The notes: generated by a model not told the origin, from the letters alone. A DNA stretch of 64,000 bases from Gemmatimonadota bacterium (GCA_034521595.1 JAXHMG010000003.1:2912001-2976000), one strand, 5' to 3'. Shown: positions 50,514 to 61,088, numbered from the stretch's first letter. A program made the numbers and translations.

Positions 50514-51608
50514 ATGGCCGAGACGAAAACTCGGAAGAAGAAGGGCAACGCGAAGGGAGGGGGGAAGCCATCGGGCGCGGCCCTTCTCGAGCAGCACGGG
50601 GTGGACGAAGCCCTGGCCCTCGACCTCCTCCGTGAGATGCTCCTCTATCGTCGTTTCGAGGAGAACGCCGAGGAGGCCTACGCGATCGGTAAGATCGGCG
50701 GCTTCTGCCATGTCCACATCGGGCAGGAAGCGGCCGCCGCCGGAGCCATCAAGCCGCTTCGAGACGACGATTACGTCGTCACCGCGTACCGTGAGCATAC
50801 CCAAGCCATCGCCAAGGGCGTCGATCCGAAGGCCGTCATGGCCGAGCTCTACGGGCGCACGGACGGCTCCTCGCGCGGAAAGGGCGGCTCCATGCACATC
50901 TACGGAGCCGAGTGTCGCTTCATGGGGGGCCACGGCATCGTCGGGGGTCAGGTCCCCCTCGGCGCCGGCATCGCCTGGAAGATCCGTTACAAGGAAGAGG
51001 ATTCCGTCGTCGTCTGCTTCATGGGTGACGCGGCGGTGAACCAGGGAGCGTTTCACGAAGCGATGAACCTCGCCGCGATCTGGTCGTTGCCCGCCATCTT
51101 CGTGGTCGAGAACAACGAGTACGGCATGGGCACGCACTTCAAGCGCGTCTCGGCGACGGAGGTCGTCGACCGCTCCGCCTCGTACGACATCCCCGCGATC
51201 TCGGTCAACGGGCAGGACGTGCTGGAGACGTACGCGCGCTTTCGGGATCTCGCCGAAGAGGTGCGGGGTGGAGGAGGTCCCAGGTTCGTCGATCTCCAGA
51301 CCTACCGCTTCCGTGGCCATTCGATGTCCGATCCGGTTTCGGGCACCTACCGATCGGCGGAGGAGGTGGAGGAGCGCAAGGAAAACGGCGATCCCATCAC
51401 CCTTCTTCGGGGCACGCTCTTCGACGCCGGGATTCTGGACCAGGATGGCCTCGAGGAGATCGACGGGGAGGTGCGGGGCCTCGTGGAGGAAGCCGCCGAC
51501 TTCGCGGACGCGTCGCCGAAGCCCGGGCCGGAGGAGCTGTACGAGCACGTCTGGGCGCAGGAAAATCACGGTAGGCTCTTCTTCGACCGACGGGAGCAGG
51601 CTCGTTAA
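50514..51608 (+). CDS. pdhA: Pyruvate dehydrogenase E1 alpha
   Basis: IGGFCH, GGSMH, GDAAVNQG, YRFRGHSMSDP. Confidence 0.96.
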   Translation: MAETKTRKKKGNAKGGGKPSGAALLEQHGVDEALALDLLREMLLYRRFEENAEEAYAIGKIGGFCHVHIGQEAAAAGAIKPLRDDDYVVTAYREHTQAIAKGVDPKAVMAELYGRTDGSSRGKGGSMHIYGAECRFMGGHGIVGGQVPLGAGIAWKIRYKEEDSVVVCFMGDAAVNQGAFHEAMNLAAIWSLPAIFVVENNEYGMGTHFKRVSATEVVDRSASYDIPAISVNGQDVLETYARFRDLAEEVRGGGGPRFVDLQTYRFRGHSMSDPVSGTYRSAEEVEERKENGDPITLLRGTLFDAGILDQDGLEEIDGEVRGLVEEAADFADASPKPGPEELYEHVWAQENHGRLFFDRREQAR

Positions 51609-52589
51609 ATGGCGGTCATGACTTATCGGGAAGCGCTCAACGAGGCGCTCGCTGAAGAAATGGAGCGGGACCCGGACATCTTCCTCATGGGCGAGGAGGT
51701 GGCCGAATACGAGGGTGCCTACAAGGTGACGAAGGGGCTGCTCGACACCTTCGGTGACCGGAGGGTGGTCGACTCGCCGATCAGTGAGCTCGGCTTTGCG
51801 GGGCTCGGCGTCGGTGCGGCGATGGCGGGGCTGAGGCCCGTCATCGAGTTCATGACGTTCAACTTCGCGTTCTTGGCGATCGACCAGGTCATCAACGGCG
51901 CGTCCAAGATGCACTACATGTCCGCAGGGCAGTTTCCGATGCCCATCGTCTTCCGGGGCCCGACCGGAGCGGCGCTACAGCTCTCCGCCCAGCATTCGCA
52001 GGCGTGCGAGACGTACTACACGCACGCTCCGGGCTGTAAGGTGGTCACCCCGGGGACCGCGGCGGATGCCAAGGGGCTTCTCAAGGCGTCGATCCGGGAC
52101 GACGATCCGGTCGCCTTCATGGAGGGCGAGCTGCTCTACAACCTCAAAGGAGAGGTTCCCGACGACGACGACTTCGTGATTCCGCTCGGCGTCGCGGACC
52201 TCAAGCGCGAAGGATCGGACGTCTCGATCATCACGCACGGTAAGATGGTCCACGTGGCCCTTCAGGCGGCTGCCACGCTCGAAAAGGACGGGATCGAAGC
52301 GGACGTGCTCGATCTCCGCACCATCCGGCCGCTCGATGTCGACGCGATTCTCGACACCGTGGCCAAGACGAACCGGGCCGTGTACGTCGAGGAGGGGTGG
52401 CCTTATGCCGGGACCGGCGCCCAGATCACGACCTTGATCCAGGAAGAGGCGTTCGATCATCTCGATGCGCCGCTTCTGCGCGTGAGCCAGGCCGACGTAC
52501 CGATGCCGTACGCGAAGAACCTCGAGAATCTGGCGAAGCCGTCCGCCGATCGAGTCGTCGACGCGTGCAACCGCGTCCTCTACCGCTGA
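51609..52589 (+). CDS. pdhB: Pyruvate dehydrogenase E1 beta
   Basis: MGEEV, PISELGF, EFMTFNF, AQHSQ. Confidence 0.96.
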   Translation: MAVMTYREALNEALAEEMERDPDIFLMGEEVAEYEGAYKVTKGLLDTFGDRRVVDSPISELGFAGLGVGAAMAGLRPVIEFMTFNFAFLAIDQVINGASKMHYMSAGQFPMPIVFRGPTGAALQLSAQHSQACETYYTHAPGCKVVTPGTAADAKGLLKASIRDDDPVAFMEGELLYNLKGEVPDDDDFVIPLGVADLKREGSDVSIITHGKMVHVALQAAATLEKDGIEADVLDLRTIRPLDVDAILDTVAKTNRAVYVEEGWPYAGTGAQITTLIQEEAFDHLDAPLLRVSQADVPMPYAKNLENLAKPSADRVVDACNRVLYR

Positions 52590-52644
52590 ATCCGTCCATC
52601 CAGTAACCGAGACGCCCGACCGGCGCCCGATCCGAGACAGAATC

Positions 52645-53955
52645 ATGGCAACGAAGGTCCACATGGAGGCCCTGAGCCCGACGATGGAAGAGGGCCAGCT
52701 CGTACGGTGGCTCAAGTCCGAAGGCGACGAGGTTTCCAACGGCGACATCATCGCCGAGATCGAAACCGACAAGGCCACGATGGAGCTCGTGGCGCGAGGC
52801 GACGGCGTGCTCCGCAAGATCTTCCTCGAGGAGGGAGGCACGGCCCCCGTGGGTGCCGTGATCGCGGCGATCGGCGGAGCCGACGAGGATGTCTCCGAGA
52901 TCGAAGGCGAAGCCGTGAGTGGGGGCGGAGGTGCCTCCGAGGCGGCTGCCGACGGCGCGTCCGAGGCCGACGAGGCCCCTGGTGAAGTGGCCGACGAGGA
53001 GGACGGGGCGGCGGCACCCGCCGCGGCGGAAGCCCCCGAGGCTCCGAAGAAGTCGGCCGAGGCGGCCGCGCCCGACTCGTCCGCAGCGCGGACCTCGAGC
53101 GGGCGGGTGAAGGCATCGCCCGTGGCGCGGCGGCTCGCCGAGGAAGCGGGCCTCGATATCGGCCGGATCCCGGGGTCTGGCCCCGGCGGCCGCGTGGTGA
53201 AGCGGGATATCGAGGAGGCTCGGGAGAAGGGCGTCGCCGCTCCGGCGACTGCGGCGCAGGCCGGGCCGGAATACGAGGACGTGCCCGTTTCCCAGATGCG
53301 AAAGACGATCGCGAAGCGGCTCGTCACCTCCATCGGTCCGGTGCCGACGTTCTACCTGACGATCGACGTCGACATGGGCCGTGTGCTCGAAGCCCGTCGG
53401 AGCGTGAACGGCATGCTCGAGGACGAGGGCCGAAAGGTCTCCATCAACGACTTCGTCCTGAAGGCGACGGCGGCCTCGCTGGCGCGTCACCCGGAGTGCA
53501 ACGCTCAGTGGCACGACGGCTTCATCCGTCGTTACAACGCGGTGCACCTCGGCGTGGCGGTGGCCATTGACGACGGGCTCATCACTCCGGTCGTCCGCAA
53601 CGCTCATCTCAAGGGCATCGCCGACATCAGCGAGGAGGTTCGCGAGTTGGCGGGCCGGGCGCGCGATAAGCAGCTTCAGCCGGACGAGTACACGGGCGCC
53701 ACGTTTTCGGTATCGAATCTCGGGATGTTCGGCATCCACGAGTTCACGGCCATCATCAATCCGCCCGAGGCCGGCATCCTCGCCGTCGGCGGGGTGGAAG
53801 AGACGCCGGTGGCGGTGGACGGCGAGGTCGTGGTGCGGCCGCGGATGCGCGTCACCATGAGCTGTGACCACCGGGTCATCGACGGCGCGCAGGGCTCGCG
53901 CTACCTCCAGACCCTGAAGCACATGCTCGAGGAGCCGGCGGCGATCCTCGTCTGA
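52645..53955 (+). CDS. pdhC: Dihydrolipoamide acetyltransferase E2
   Basis: LSPTMEEG, ETDKA lipoyl site, ASPVARR, DHRVIDG. Confidence 0.96.
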   Translation: MATKVHMEALSPTMEEGQLVRWLKSEGDEVSNGDIIAEIETDKATMELVARGDGVLRKIFLEEGGTAPVGAVIAAIGGADEDVSEIEGEAVSGGGGASEAAADGASEADEAPGEVADEEDGAAAPAAAEAPEAPKKSAEAAAPDSSAARTSSGRVKASPVARRLAEEAGLDIGRIPGSGPGGRVVKRDIEEAREKGVAAPATAAQAGPEYEDVPVSQMRKTIAKRLVTSIGPVPTFYLTIDVDMGRVLEARRSVNGMLEDEGRKVSINDFVLKATAASLARHPECNAQWHDGFIRRYNAVHLGVAVAIDDGLITPVVRNAHLKGIADISEEVRELAGRARDKQLQPDEYTGATFSVSNLGMFGIHEFTAIINPPEAGILAVGGVEETPVAVDGEVVVRPRMRVTMSCDHRVIDGAQGSRYLQTLKHMLEEPAAILV

Positions 53956-54067
53956 TCAGTGGGAGGGAGCATCCGCGGCTCCGCCGACATCGCTCGCGTG
54001 GAGCGGAAGATGCCCGTAGGTTGATCTTCCATTACTCGGAACAGGTTCTCAGCTCCGGGAGGTCGAT

Positions 54068-54808
54068 ATGGGCGGGCACAGATCACGTTGGCTCATCGCT
54101 TCGATGGCCGTTCTGGTCACGGGGTGCGGTGGAAGATCCTCGCAGCCGCCGGGCTTCGAATCGGTCGGTACCTCGGCGCCCACGGAAACGGCCGAGCTCA
54201 TGCTCCGCCACTACGATCACGCCCGCACGCTGAGCTCGGCCGCGATCTTCGGTGACGAGGGGCGTGCGCGCGCCTCGGCGACCGCGATACATGAAGAAGA
54301 CGATCTCGTGAGGGTCCCGGGAGATGCCGAGGACGAGTACCGAGCGTTCCAGGCTTCCGTGGCGTCCGTGGAGGAAGCCGACGGTCGTGAGGAGCTGGCA
54401 CGGTCGGCGGCCACGGTGGCGCGGGAGTGTGGGGATTGTCACCTGGCCTCCGGTCTGGGCCCCACCTTCAGCGTGGGTCGGCCGGACGAGGTCGTGACGC
54501 CCCGCGATCACCTTCGTGTGCTCGCCTGGGGATCGTCCCGGATGTGGGAGTCACTGGTCGGCGGTTCCGACCTCGCGTGGCGTGCCGGTGCCCGGGCTCT
54601 TTCGGGTGAGCTGCTCCGCGAGGAACTCTACGCGTCGCGTGTTTCCGACGCCGAGATCGATTCCGCCCGCGCCCTGAGCGAGCAGTTGCACGGCCTCGGG
54701 GTCGAGGCGCTCGCCACCTCCACGCGGAACGAACGTGCCCGGGTGCTGGGTGAGATCTGGGGAACCTGCTCCGCGTGTCACGAGCTCGTGGGGATCGGTC
54801 GCTCGTAG
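54068..54808 (+). CDS. Di-heme c-type cytochrome lipoprotein (helical, c'-like)
   Basis: Lipobox VTGC; CGDCH and C-terminal CSACH. Confidence 0.8.
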   Translation: MGGHRSRWLIASMAVLVTGCGGRSSQPPGFESVGTSAPTETAELMLRHYDHARTLSSAAIFGDEGRARASATAIHEEDDLVRVPGDAEDEYRAFQASVASVEEADGREELARSAATVARECGDCHLASGLGPTFSVGRPDEVVTPRDHLRVLAWGSSRMWESLVGGSDLAWRAGARALSGELLREELYASRVSDAEIDSARALSEQLHGLGVEALATSTRNERARVLGEIWGTCSACHELVGIGRS

Positions 54809-55914
54809 ATTCTCCAGCGGCGATACGGCTCGAGGCCCATGGCGTCGAGCGGGTCGACGAGCGAATGGTTGTCCGCGAGTACCCAGGAGGCTTCGGCCCC
54901 TTCGGCGCCGAGGTCGAGGGCACGGCGGGCCGCTTCGTGCGCGAAGAGCGGAAAGAGCCCGAGATTCCGGAACTCGGATCTGAGGCCGAGCAGGACTACG
55001 CGCCCGCGTAGGACCCGGGGGATGCCTCGCGACAGCCGTACGATGTTCCAGGGCCAAAGGCGGCCCGACGGCATTTCTCGGAGCACTTCGTTCACGTCGT
55101 GGGCGATCATCATGAATCCGACGGTTTCGCCGTTCGCTTCGGCGACGAAGGAGAACCCGTCGGCGAGCACGGCCTCGAGGTCCCGAGCGGTATGCCAGAA
55201 CTCCTCCCAGGTCGGGGGCACGAAACCCCAGTTTCCGTCCCACGCTTCCACGTAGAGCTCCAGGACGTTCCTGGCTTCTTGCTTCAGCTTCGTCACGTCC
55301 AGCTCACGGAAGGTGACCCCGCTCTTGCGGCGGGCCCGCTCCGCTAGCCGAGCAACGCGCTCCGGCACTGCGAGCCGGTCTCGCGCGGGAACCCAATACC
55401 CGAGAAGGTCCCGCACCGCGTCGTAGCCCGCGCTGTCCAGCAACGTCATGTAATACGGCGGATTCCACGGGGTCATGATCACGGGCCGGTGCTCGAAGCC
55501 GTCCACGAGGAGGCCGCACTCGTGATTCATGGAGGGATTCATCGGGCCCCGCACCCGGTCGCAGCCCCGCTCCGACAGCCATTCTTCCGCCGCTCGAAGC
55601 AGCGCGTCGGCCGCGTCCTGATCCTCTCCGCATTCGAAGAAGCCGAAAAAGCCGACCCGGTCACCGTGATGCGCGTTGTGCCGGCGGTTCTCGATGGCCG
55701 CGATCCGGCCTACCGGAGCACCGTCACGGTGCGCGATGAAGAGGGCCCGGTCGGCGTTGTCGTAGAAGGGGTTCTTCTTCCGGTTCAGCAGGTCACGGAC
55801 CGCCGCGCGCAGGGGCGGTACCCAGGGCGTGTCCCGGCCGGCCTGAACCGTCCACGCGACCTCGATGAATCGGGAGATGCCTCTCCACCCTTCCACCCGC
55901 TCGATTTCGATCAA
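54778..55914 (-). CDS. YghO-like GNAT protein (bacterial ceramide synthase-like)
   Basis: GRIAAIEN, GFFGFFEC, GPMNPSMNHECGLLVDGF, NPPYY, NWGFVP, SWVLADN. Confidence 0.75.
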   Translation of the reverse strand: MIEIERVEGWRGISRFIEVAWTVQAGRDTPWVPPLRAAVRDLLNRKKNPFYDNADRALFIAHRDGAPVGRIAAIENRRHNAHHGDRVGFFGFFECGEDQDAADALLRAAEEWLSERGCDRVRGPMNPSMNHECGLLVDGFEHRPVIMTPWNPPYYMTLLDSAGYDAVRDLLGYWVPARDRLAVPERVARLAERARRKSGVTFRELDVTKLKQEARNVLELYVEAWDGNWGFVPPTWEEFWHTARDLEAVLADGFSFVAEANGETVGFMMIAHDVNEVLREMPSGRLWPWNIVRLSRGIPRVLRGRVVLLGLRSEFRNLGLFPLFAHEAARRALDLGAEGAEASWVLADNHSLVDPLDAMGLEPYRRWRIYERPIPTSS

Positions 55915-55994
55915 CCGCCGCCCTCCCAGGGTGAACCATGCGCGACACGGTGGTAGCGCAGTCTACGAAGTCGCGAGCCGTGGTAGAAGGCCGG

Positions 55995-57098
55995 TCACCA
56001 CGGTCGGGCGGACGCCGCGCGCTCGACGGCCTCGAGGTGTCGCGACGGGGCCTCGGCCACCCAGCTCCGGAAGGCCCTGACCGCATCCTTCGAAGGATAG
56101 GGTGAACGGTCCCAAAATGCATCCAGATCTCCGTATCCGCCGGCTCGCGCCGCGCCGTGCCGCACCGCGTCCCAGGCGTTCAAGCGTTGCTCGTACTGGC
56201 CGGCCGTGGGGACGGCGAGCACGGGCTTGCCCAGGTGGAACGCTTCGCAGATCGCTTCGAATCCCGCGGATCCGACGAACGCGTGGCACCGTCCCAGGTC
56301 CGTCAAGAAACGCTCCTGGTCGAGGTCTCGCACTTCGAGGCCCGGGCCGGGCTCCGTACGGAGCGCGTCTCGCCCCCCGTCGACATAGCACCGCACCGGA
56401 ACGTCCGGGCGCGTCCGCTGCCACCTGGCCAGGAGATCCCCGTAGCCGCTGTTGAGCGCGTACGCCAGGAGGAAGCCGTCATCTCGTCGTTCGACCGCGT
56501 CGAGGCCGGAGCGGAGCAGAGGGGGCATGAACTCCAGGCGCTCGGAAGGAACGCCCGGGCGCGGCCCGAACGAGAGCGCGAGGCGACTCCGCGTGCGCGC
56601 CGCGGTGGCCCGGGTCCAACCGAGCACGGCACGCTGCACCGGGGACGAGCCCGGGAGCGGATGCAGGTCCGGCTCCAGGAAGACGTAGTTGTGGGCCACG
56701 GCGACGGCGGGGACGGAGGTCTGGAAGAGGATACGCGACATCGCCGCCACGAGGTCGAGAAAGTTGACCACCAGGTCGAGGTCGGCGGTCCCCTGATGGA
56801 GGCGACGGGCGGCACGCGCGAACGCCGGCGCCCGCCGGACCGCGTCACGCAGCGTCGCGGCCGGCGAAGCCGCCAGTCCCCGGCGGTCCGGGACCTGAAC
56901 CGGAGCCGCGAAGGGCTCGACCGGCGCGGCGATGCCGTCTTCGAAATAGGAGGGGACCGAGCGGTACGGGCTCGTCCCGATCCAAACACGCGCCACCTCG
57001 TGGCCGGCCTCGCGCAAGATGCGCGCTAGAGCGAGAGCCTGGGTCATGTGCCCCCGTCCCTCGCCTTGGACGACGAACCCCACGCGCAGGGGCGTCAC
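55995..57098 (-). CDS. MJ1255/VC2487-like glycosyltransferase
   Basis: VQGEGRGHMTQA, AGFEAICEAFHLGKP, GQYEQRLNA. Confidence 0.85.
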   Translation of the reverse strand: MTPLRVGFVVQGEGRGHMTQALALARILREAGHEVARVWIGTSPYRSVPSYFEDGIAAPVEPFAAPVQVPDRRGLAASPAATLRDAVRRAPAFARAARRLHQGTADLDLVVNFLDLVAAMSRILFQTSVPAVAVAHNYVFLEPDLHPLPGSSPVQRAVLGWTRATAARTRSRLALSFGPRPGVPSERLEFMPPLLRSGLDAVERRDDGFLLAYALNSGYGDLLARWQRTRPDVPVRCYVDGGRDALRTEPGPGLEVRDLDQERFLTDLGRCHAFVGSAGFEAICEAFHLGKPVLAVPTAGQYEQRLNAWDAVRHGAARAGGYGDLDAFWDRSPYPSKDAVRAFRSWVAEAPSRHLEAVERAASARPW

Positions 57099-57214
57099 CG
57101 TGGTTGCGCTCTCGTCACTTTACCCTCTCTCTTCCCGGCTCTACCTTCGTAGACTCCGATTTCCTTCGAACTTGTCGGGGCGACTCCGCCCCCTTCATCG
57201 AGAGAGGAACCCGC

Positions 57215-58627
57215 GTGGCTGGTAAGAATGGCGAGCATTTCGACCTGATCGTGATCGGTAGTGGTCCCGGCGGCTACGTCGCCGCCATCCGTGCCGCCCA
57301 ACTGGGCATGAAGGTCGCGTGCGTGGAGACCAAGCACCTCGGCGGCGTGTGCCTCAACATCGGGTGTATCCCGACGAAGGCGATGCTGACGAGCGCGCTC
57401 ATGGTCAACGAGATGAAAGAAGGGGAGCGGCACGGCATCGTCGCGAAGGATGTGACGTTCGACCTCGCGCCCGCTCAGGAGCGGAGCCGCAAGGTCGCCG
57501 AGCAGATGCGGAACGGAATCGGCTTCCTGTTCAAGAAGAACAAGGTGACGCACCTCGAGGGCTTCGGCCGGCTGAAGGGCAAGGGCAAGGTCGAAGTGGA
57601 GGCATCCGACGGCAAGCGGTCCGTGCACGACGCGGACAATATCATCGTCGCGACCGGGGCCCGTCCCCGTGAGCTTCCGGTGCTACCGATCGACGAGGAC
57701 CGCATCTGGTCATCGGATGGGGCTCTCATGCAGACGAAGGCGCCGGAATCCCTCCTGATCGTCGGAGCCGGGGCGATCGGTATGGAGTTCGCCGACGTTT
57801 ACGGCTCGTACGGCACCAAGGTGACGATCGTGGAAGCCCTCGACCGGATCCTTCCCCTCGAGGACGCCGAGGTCTCCAAGTTCATGGAGCGCACCTACAA
57901 GAAGCGCGGCATGGATATCTACACCGGTGCTCGCTTCGAGGAGGCCGACGTCAAGGACGACGGCGTCACCGTCACGTTCAAGGACGCGGACGGCGAGGCC
58001 CATACCATGGACGTGGACAACGTGCTCGCCGCGGTCGGGCGGGTTCCCAACTCACAGGATCTCGGACTCGAATCCGTCGGGGTCGGAGTCGACGACCGGG
58101 GCTTCATCAAGGTCGACGAGCACCTCCAGACCAACGTGACCGGCGTCTACGCGCTCGGCGACGTGGCCGGCAACCAGCTTCTCGCGCACAAGGCGATGCA
58201 CGAAGGGGTCGTCTGCGTCGAGCACATCGCGGGCGAGGGGCACGGAAGCGTGGATTACGAGAACGTGCCCAACTGCACGTATTGTCACCCCGAAGTCGCT
58301 TCCGTGGGATTGAGCGAGGAGCGAGCCAAGGAAGAGGGGTACGACATCGAAGTCGGGAAGATGCCCTGGGTGGGCATCGGCCGGGCGGTCGCTTCCGGGC
58401 ACTCCGACGGCTTCATCAAGGTGATCCGGGACAAGAAGTACTCCGAGGTGTTGGGTGCGCACATCGTAGGGCCGCACGCGACGGAGCTGATCGCGGAGTT
58501 CGTCCTCGGGCGCCATCTCGAGTCCACCGTAGAGGAGATCGAGAAGGCGATGCACCCGCACCCGACCCTGTCCGAAGGCGTCGCGGAAGGGGCGTTGGCG
58601 GCGCTGGGCCGGGCGATCCACATTTGA
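57215..58627 (+). CDS. lpdA: Dihydrolipoyl dehydrogenase
   Basis: GSGPGGY, GGVCLNIGCIPTK, HPHPTLSE. Confidence 0.97.
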   Translation: MAGKNGEHFDLIVIGSGPGGYVAAIRAAQLGMKVACVETKHLGGVCLNIGCIPTKAMLTSALMVNEMKEGERHGIVAKDVTFDLAPAQERSRKVAEQMRNGIGFLFKKNKVTHLEGFGRLKGKGKVEVEASDGKRSVHDADNIIVATGARPRELPVLPIDEDRIWSSDGALMQTKAPESLLIVGAGAIGMEFADVYGSYGTKVTIVEALDRILPLEDAEVSKFMERTYKKRGMDIYTGARFEEADVKDDGVTVTFKDADGEAHTMDVDNVLAAVGRVPNSQDLGLESVGVGVDDRGFIKVDEHLQTNVTGVYALGDVAGNQLLAHKAMHEGVVCVEHIAGEGHGSVDYENVPNCTYCHPEVASVGLSEERAKEEGYDIEVGKMPWVGIGRAVASGHSDGFIKVIRDKKYSEVLGAHIVGPHATELIAEFVLGRHLESTVEEIEKAMHPHPTLSEGVAEGALAALGRAIHI

Positions 58628-58628
58628 C

Positions 58629-59132
58629 GTGGACGACTTCGAAGTCGTGACCACGGCTCGGGAGCTCGACCAGCCGGCTCCACGGCCGTGGTCCGCGGAC
58701 CAAGAGGAGTCGCTGCGGCTCTGGATCGCGTTGGCCCGGTGTTACTCGAGCTTCGCGAAAGCCGTGTCGTGCAAGATCCAGGAATACGGCCTCACGACCC
58801 CACAGTTCGGTGTGCTCGAGGCCTTGTTCCACCTCGGGCCCCTCTCGTTGGGAGAGCTCGCCGAGAAGCTGCTCGTGACCGGCGGGAACGTGACCTACGT
58901 GATGGACCGGCTCGAACAGAGGGGCCTGGTCTACCGTGATCGTTCGGAAGGTGACCGGCGGGTCATCCAGGCCAAGCTCACCACGGCCGGAAGGGAGATG
59001 ATCTCTTCCGTCTTCCCCGGGCACGTGGAGTACGTGGAGCACCTCACGCGGCACCTGGAGCCGAACGAGCGCCGAGAGCTGCGAAGTCTTCTGAAGAAGC
59101 TCGGTCGAGGAATCGCCGAAGAAGAGTTGTAA
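58629..59132 (+). CDS. MarR family regulator
   Basis: GLTTPQFGVLEAL...GNVTYVMDRLE...DRR. Confidence 0.92.
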   Translation: MDDFEVVTTARELDQPAPRPWSADQEESLRLWIALARCYSSFAKAVSCKIQEYGLTTPQFGVLEALFHLGPLSLGELAEKLLVTGGNVTYVMDRLEQRGLVYRDRSEGDRRVIQAKLTTAGREMISSVFPGHVEYVEHLTRHLEPNERRELRSLLKKLGRGIAEEEL

Positions 59133-59169
59133 GAGGCTCGCCGACTCCCAGCCACGCCCGTGCGGGCTG

Positions 59170-60405
59170 CTAGGCCGGCTGGGGGTCGGCGGTGGCGGAT
59201 TCCAGCTCGATGCCCCGGATGCTCAGGATTCGCACGAGCGCCTCGCCGATCTTGTTGTTCGGAGTGGATGCGCCGGCCGTCAGGCCGAGCTCGAACGGAT
59301 CGTCCGGAAGCCAGCCCTCTTCGACGATCTCCTCCGCGGTCGGATCGAGCTCCGGCTTGTGCCGGATCGTGCCGCGCTCCACGTCGATGCACGACGCGTC
59401 CTCCACGTGGAACGTCGTGGTGTGCTGTCGGCAGAGGTGCGCGAGATGGTTCGTGTTCGACGAGTTGTAGCCGCCGATGACCAGCATGATGTGTGGCGGC
59501 TCTTGCATCATCTCGGCCACGGCGTCCTGCCGTTCCTGCGTCGCCGAGCAGATGGTTCCGAACGACCGGAAGTGCTCCGCGGCGTGCTCTTCCCCGAAGC
59601 GTTCGACCATCGCCTCGTGCACCTTCATGCCGATGGCGAGGGACTCTTTCGCCAGCATGGTCGTCTGGTTCGCGACACCGACTTTCCGGAGGTGCACGTC
59701 GGGGTCGAACCCCGGGGTGGCCTTCTTCTCGAAGTGCTTCATGAACGCCTCGCGGGAGAGGTGTCCGGGGCGCTCGGCGATGTAGTCGAAGACCAGCTTC
59801 GCCTCGTCCATGTCCCGCACGATGATGTAGGTCCCCCCTTCGTGCTCGTTGACCTGGGACGCCGTGGCACGGGACTCTTCGTGGGTGTACTTCCCGTGGA
59901 TCAGCGCCGTGAATCCGTCCTTGGCGTAGTTCTCGACCCGCTTCCAGACGTGGAGGACCGAACCGCAGGTCGTGTCGACCAGGATGCACCCGATGTTCCG
60001 CAGCGTGTCGAAGTCCTCGAGCGTGACGCCGAACGCGGGCAGGATGACCACGTCGTCCGGACCGATGTCCGAGAAATCGAAGGCACCGTCGTCGCCGGGA
60101 TAGATGAAGCGGATCCCCATCTCGGTCATCCGCTGGTTGACGTGCGGATTATGGATGATCTCGCCCACCAGGAAGATGCGCTTGTCCGGAAACTTGTGGA
60201 CGGTCTCGTACGCGTAGTCGACCGCCCGGTCGACGCCATAGCAGAATCCGAACTCCTGAGCGAGTCGGACGGTCACGTCTCCGAATTCGTCGCGGTATCC
60301 GCGGGAACGGATCCGCTCGACGAGGCCCGATTGGTATTCCGCGTCGATGAGCGGGCGGAGCTCCTTCTTGAGTCCGAACCCCTTGCGGAAGTAGGTCTGC
60401 TCCAT
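59170..60405 (-). CDS. ispH: 4-hydroxy-3-methylbut-2-enyl diphosphate reductase
   Basis: GFCYGV, IIHN, DTTC, TICSATQERQ, NSSNT, TAGASTP. Confidence 0.96.
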   Translation of the reverse strand: MEQTYFRKGFGLKKELRPLIDAEYQSGLVERIRSRGYRDEFGDVTVRLAQEFGFCYGVDRAVDYAYETVHKFPDKRIFLVGEIIHNPHVNQRMTEMGIRFIYPGDDGAFDFSDIGPDDVVILPAFGVTLEDFDTLRNIGCILVDTTCGSVLHVWKRVENYAKDGFTALIHGKYTHEESRATASQVNEHEGGTYIIVRDMDEAKLVFDYIAERPGHLSREAFMKHFEKKATPGFDPDVHLRKVGVANQTTMLAKESLAIGMKVHEAMVERFGEEHAAEHFRSFGTICSATQERQDAVAEMMQEPPHIMLVIGGYNSSNTNHLAHLCRQHTTTFHVEDASCIDVERGTIRHKPELDPTAEEIVEEGWLPDDPFELGLTAGASTPNNKIGEALVRILSIRGIELESATADPQPA

Positions 60406-60551
60406 TCTGCGTCTCGCGTCGTGGCGGGAAGGTCATGGGGTGATGCGGGCGTACCCCGAGCCGGGGAGCCCGGTCCACCACCGTCAAAGTTGATCTCCGA
60501 TCGGCGGCCCCTCGACAGGAACTCGCGGGTCCACCTCCGGTAGCAGACACC

Positions 60552-61088
60552 ATGAGTCTCTTCGGTCGTTTGTTCGTTCTTTTCGTGCTCGTACCCGTCG
60601 TCGAGCTGGCGCTTCTCGTGCAGCTCGGCCGGGTGGTCGGGGTCCTCCCCACCGTCGCTCTGGTGCTGCTCACCGGGGTCGCGGGCGCCTGGCTGGCGCG
60701 CGCTGAAGGCACGCGCGTTCTCTTCGGCTTCCAGAACGAGCTGGCCGGGGGGCGGCTGCCCGAGCAGGCGCTCTTCGACGGGATCTGCATCCTGGTGGGT
60801 GGGGCCGTGCTGCTCACGCCGGGCATCCTGACCGACATTCTCGGCTTCGCGCTCCTCGTGCCGTTCACCCGGCGATGGATCCAGAAGCGCCTGCGGCGCG
60901 GTCTCGAGCGACGGATGGAGCAGGGCTCGATCCGGGTCGTGACGTTCGGGGGAAGCTCCGGCTTCGGCGGCTTCGCGGGAGGTGGCTTCGGTGGATGGGG
61001 ACCGGAGTCGCGGACCCCCGGAGAGCCGGACGAGTCCCTCGATCTCGATCCCCGCCAAGGGATCGAAGTGCCCTCGGACGAGCGTTGA
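60552..61088 (+). CDS. fxsA: FxsA family membrane protein
   Basis: VPVVELALL, LLTPGILTDILG. Confidence 0.9.
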   Translation: MSLFGRLFVLFVLVPVVELALLVQLGRVVGVLPTVALVLLTGVAGAWLARAEGTRVLFGFQNELAGGRLPEQALFDGICILVGGAVLLTPGILTDILGFALLVPFTRRWIQKRLRRGLERRMEQGSIRVVTFGGSSGFGGFAGGGFGGWGPESRTPGEPDESLDLDPRQGIEVPSDER

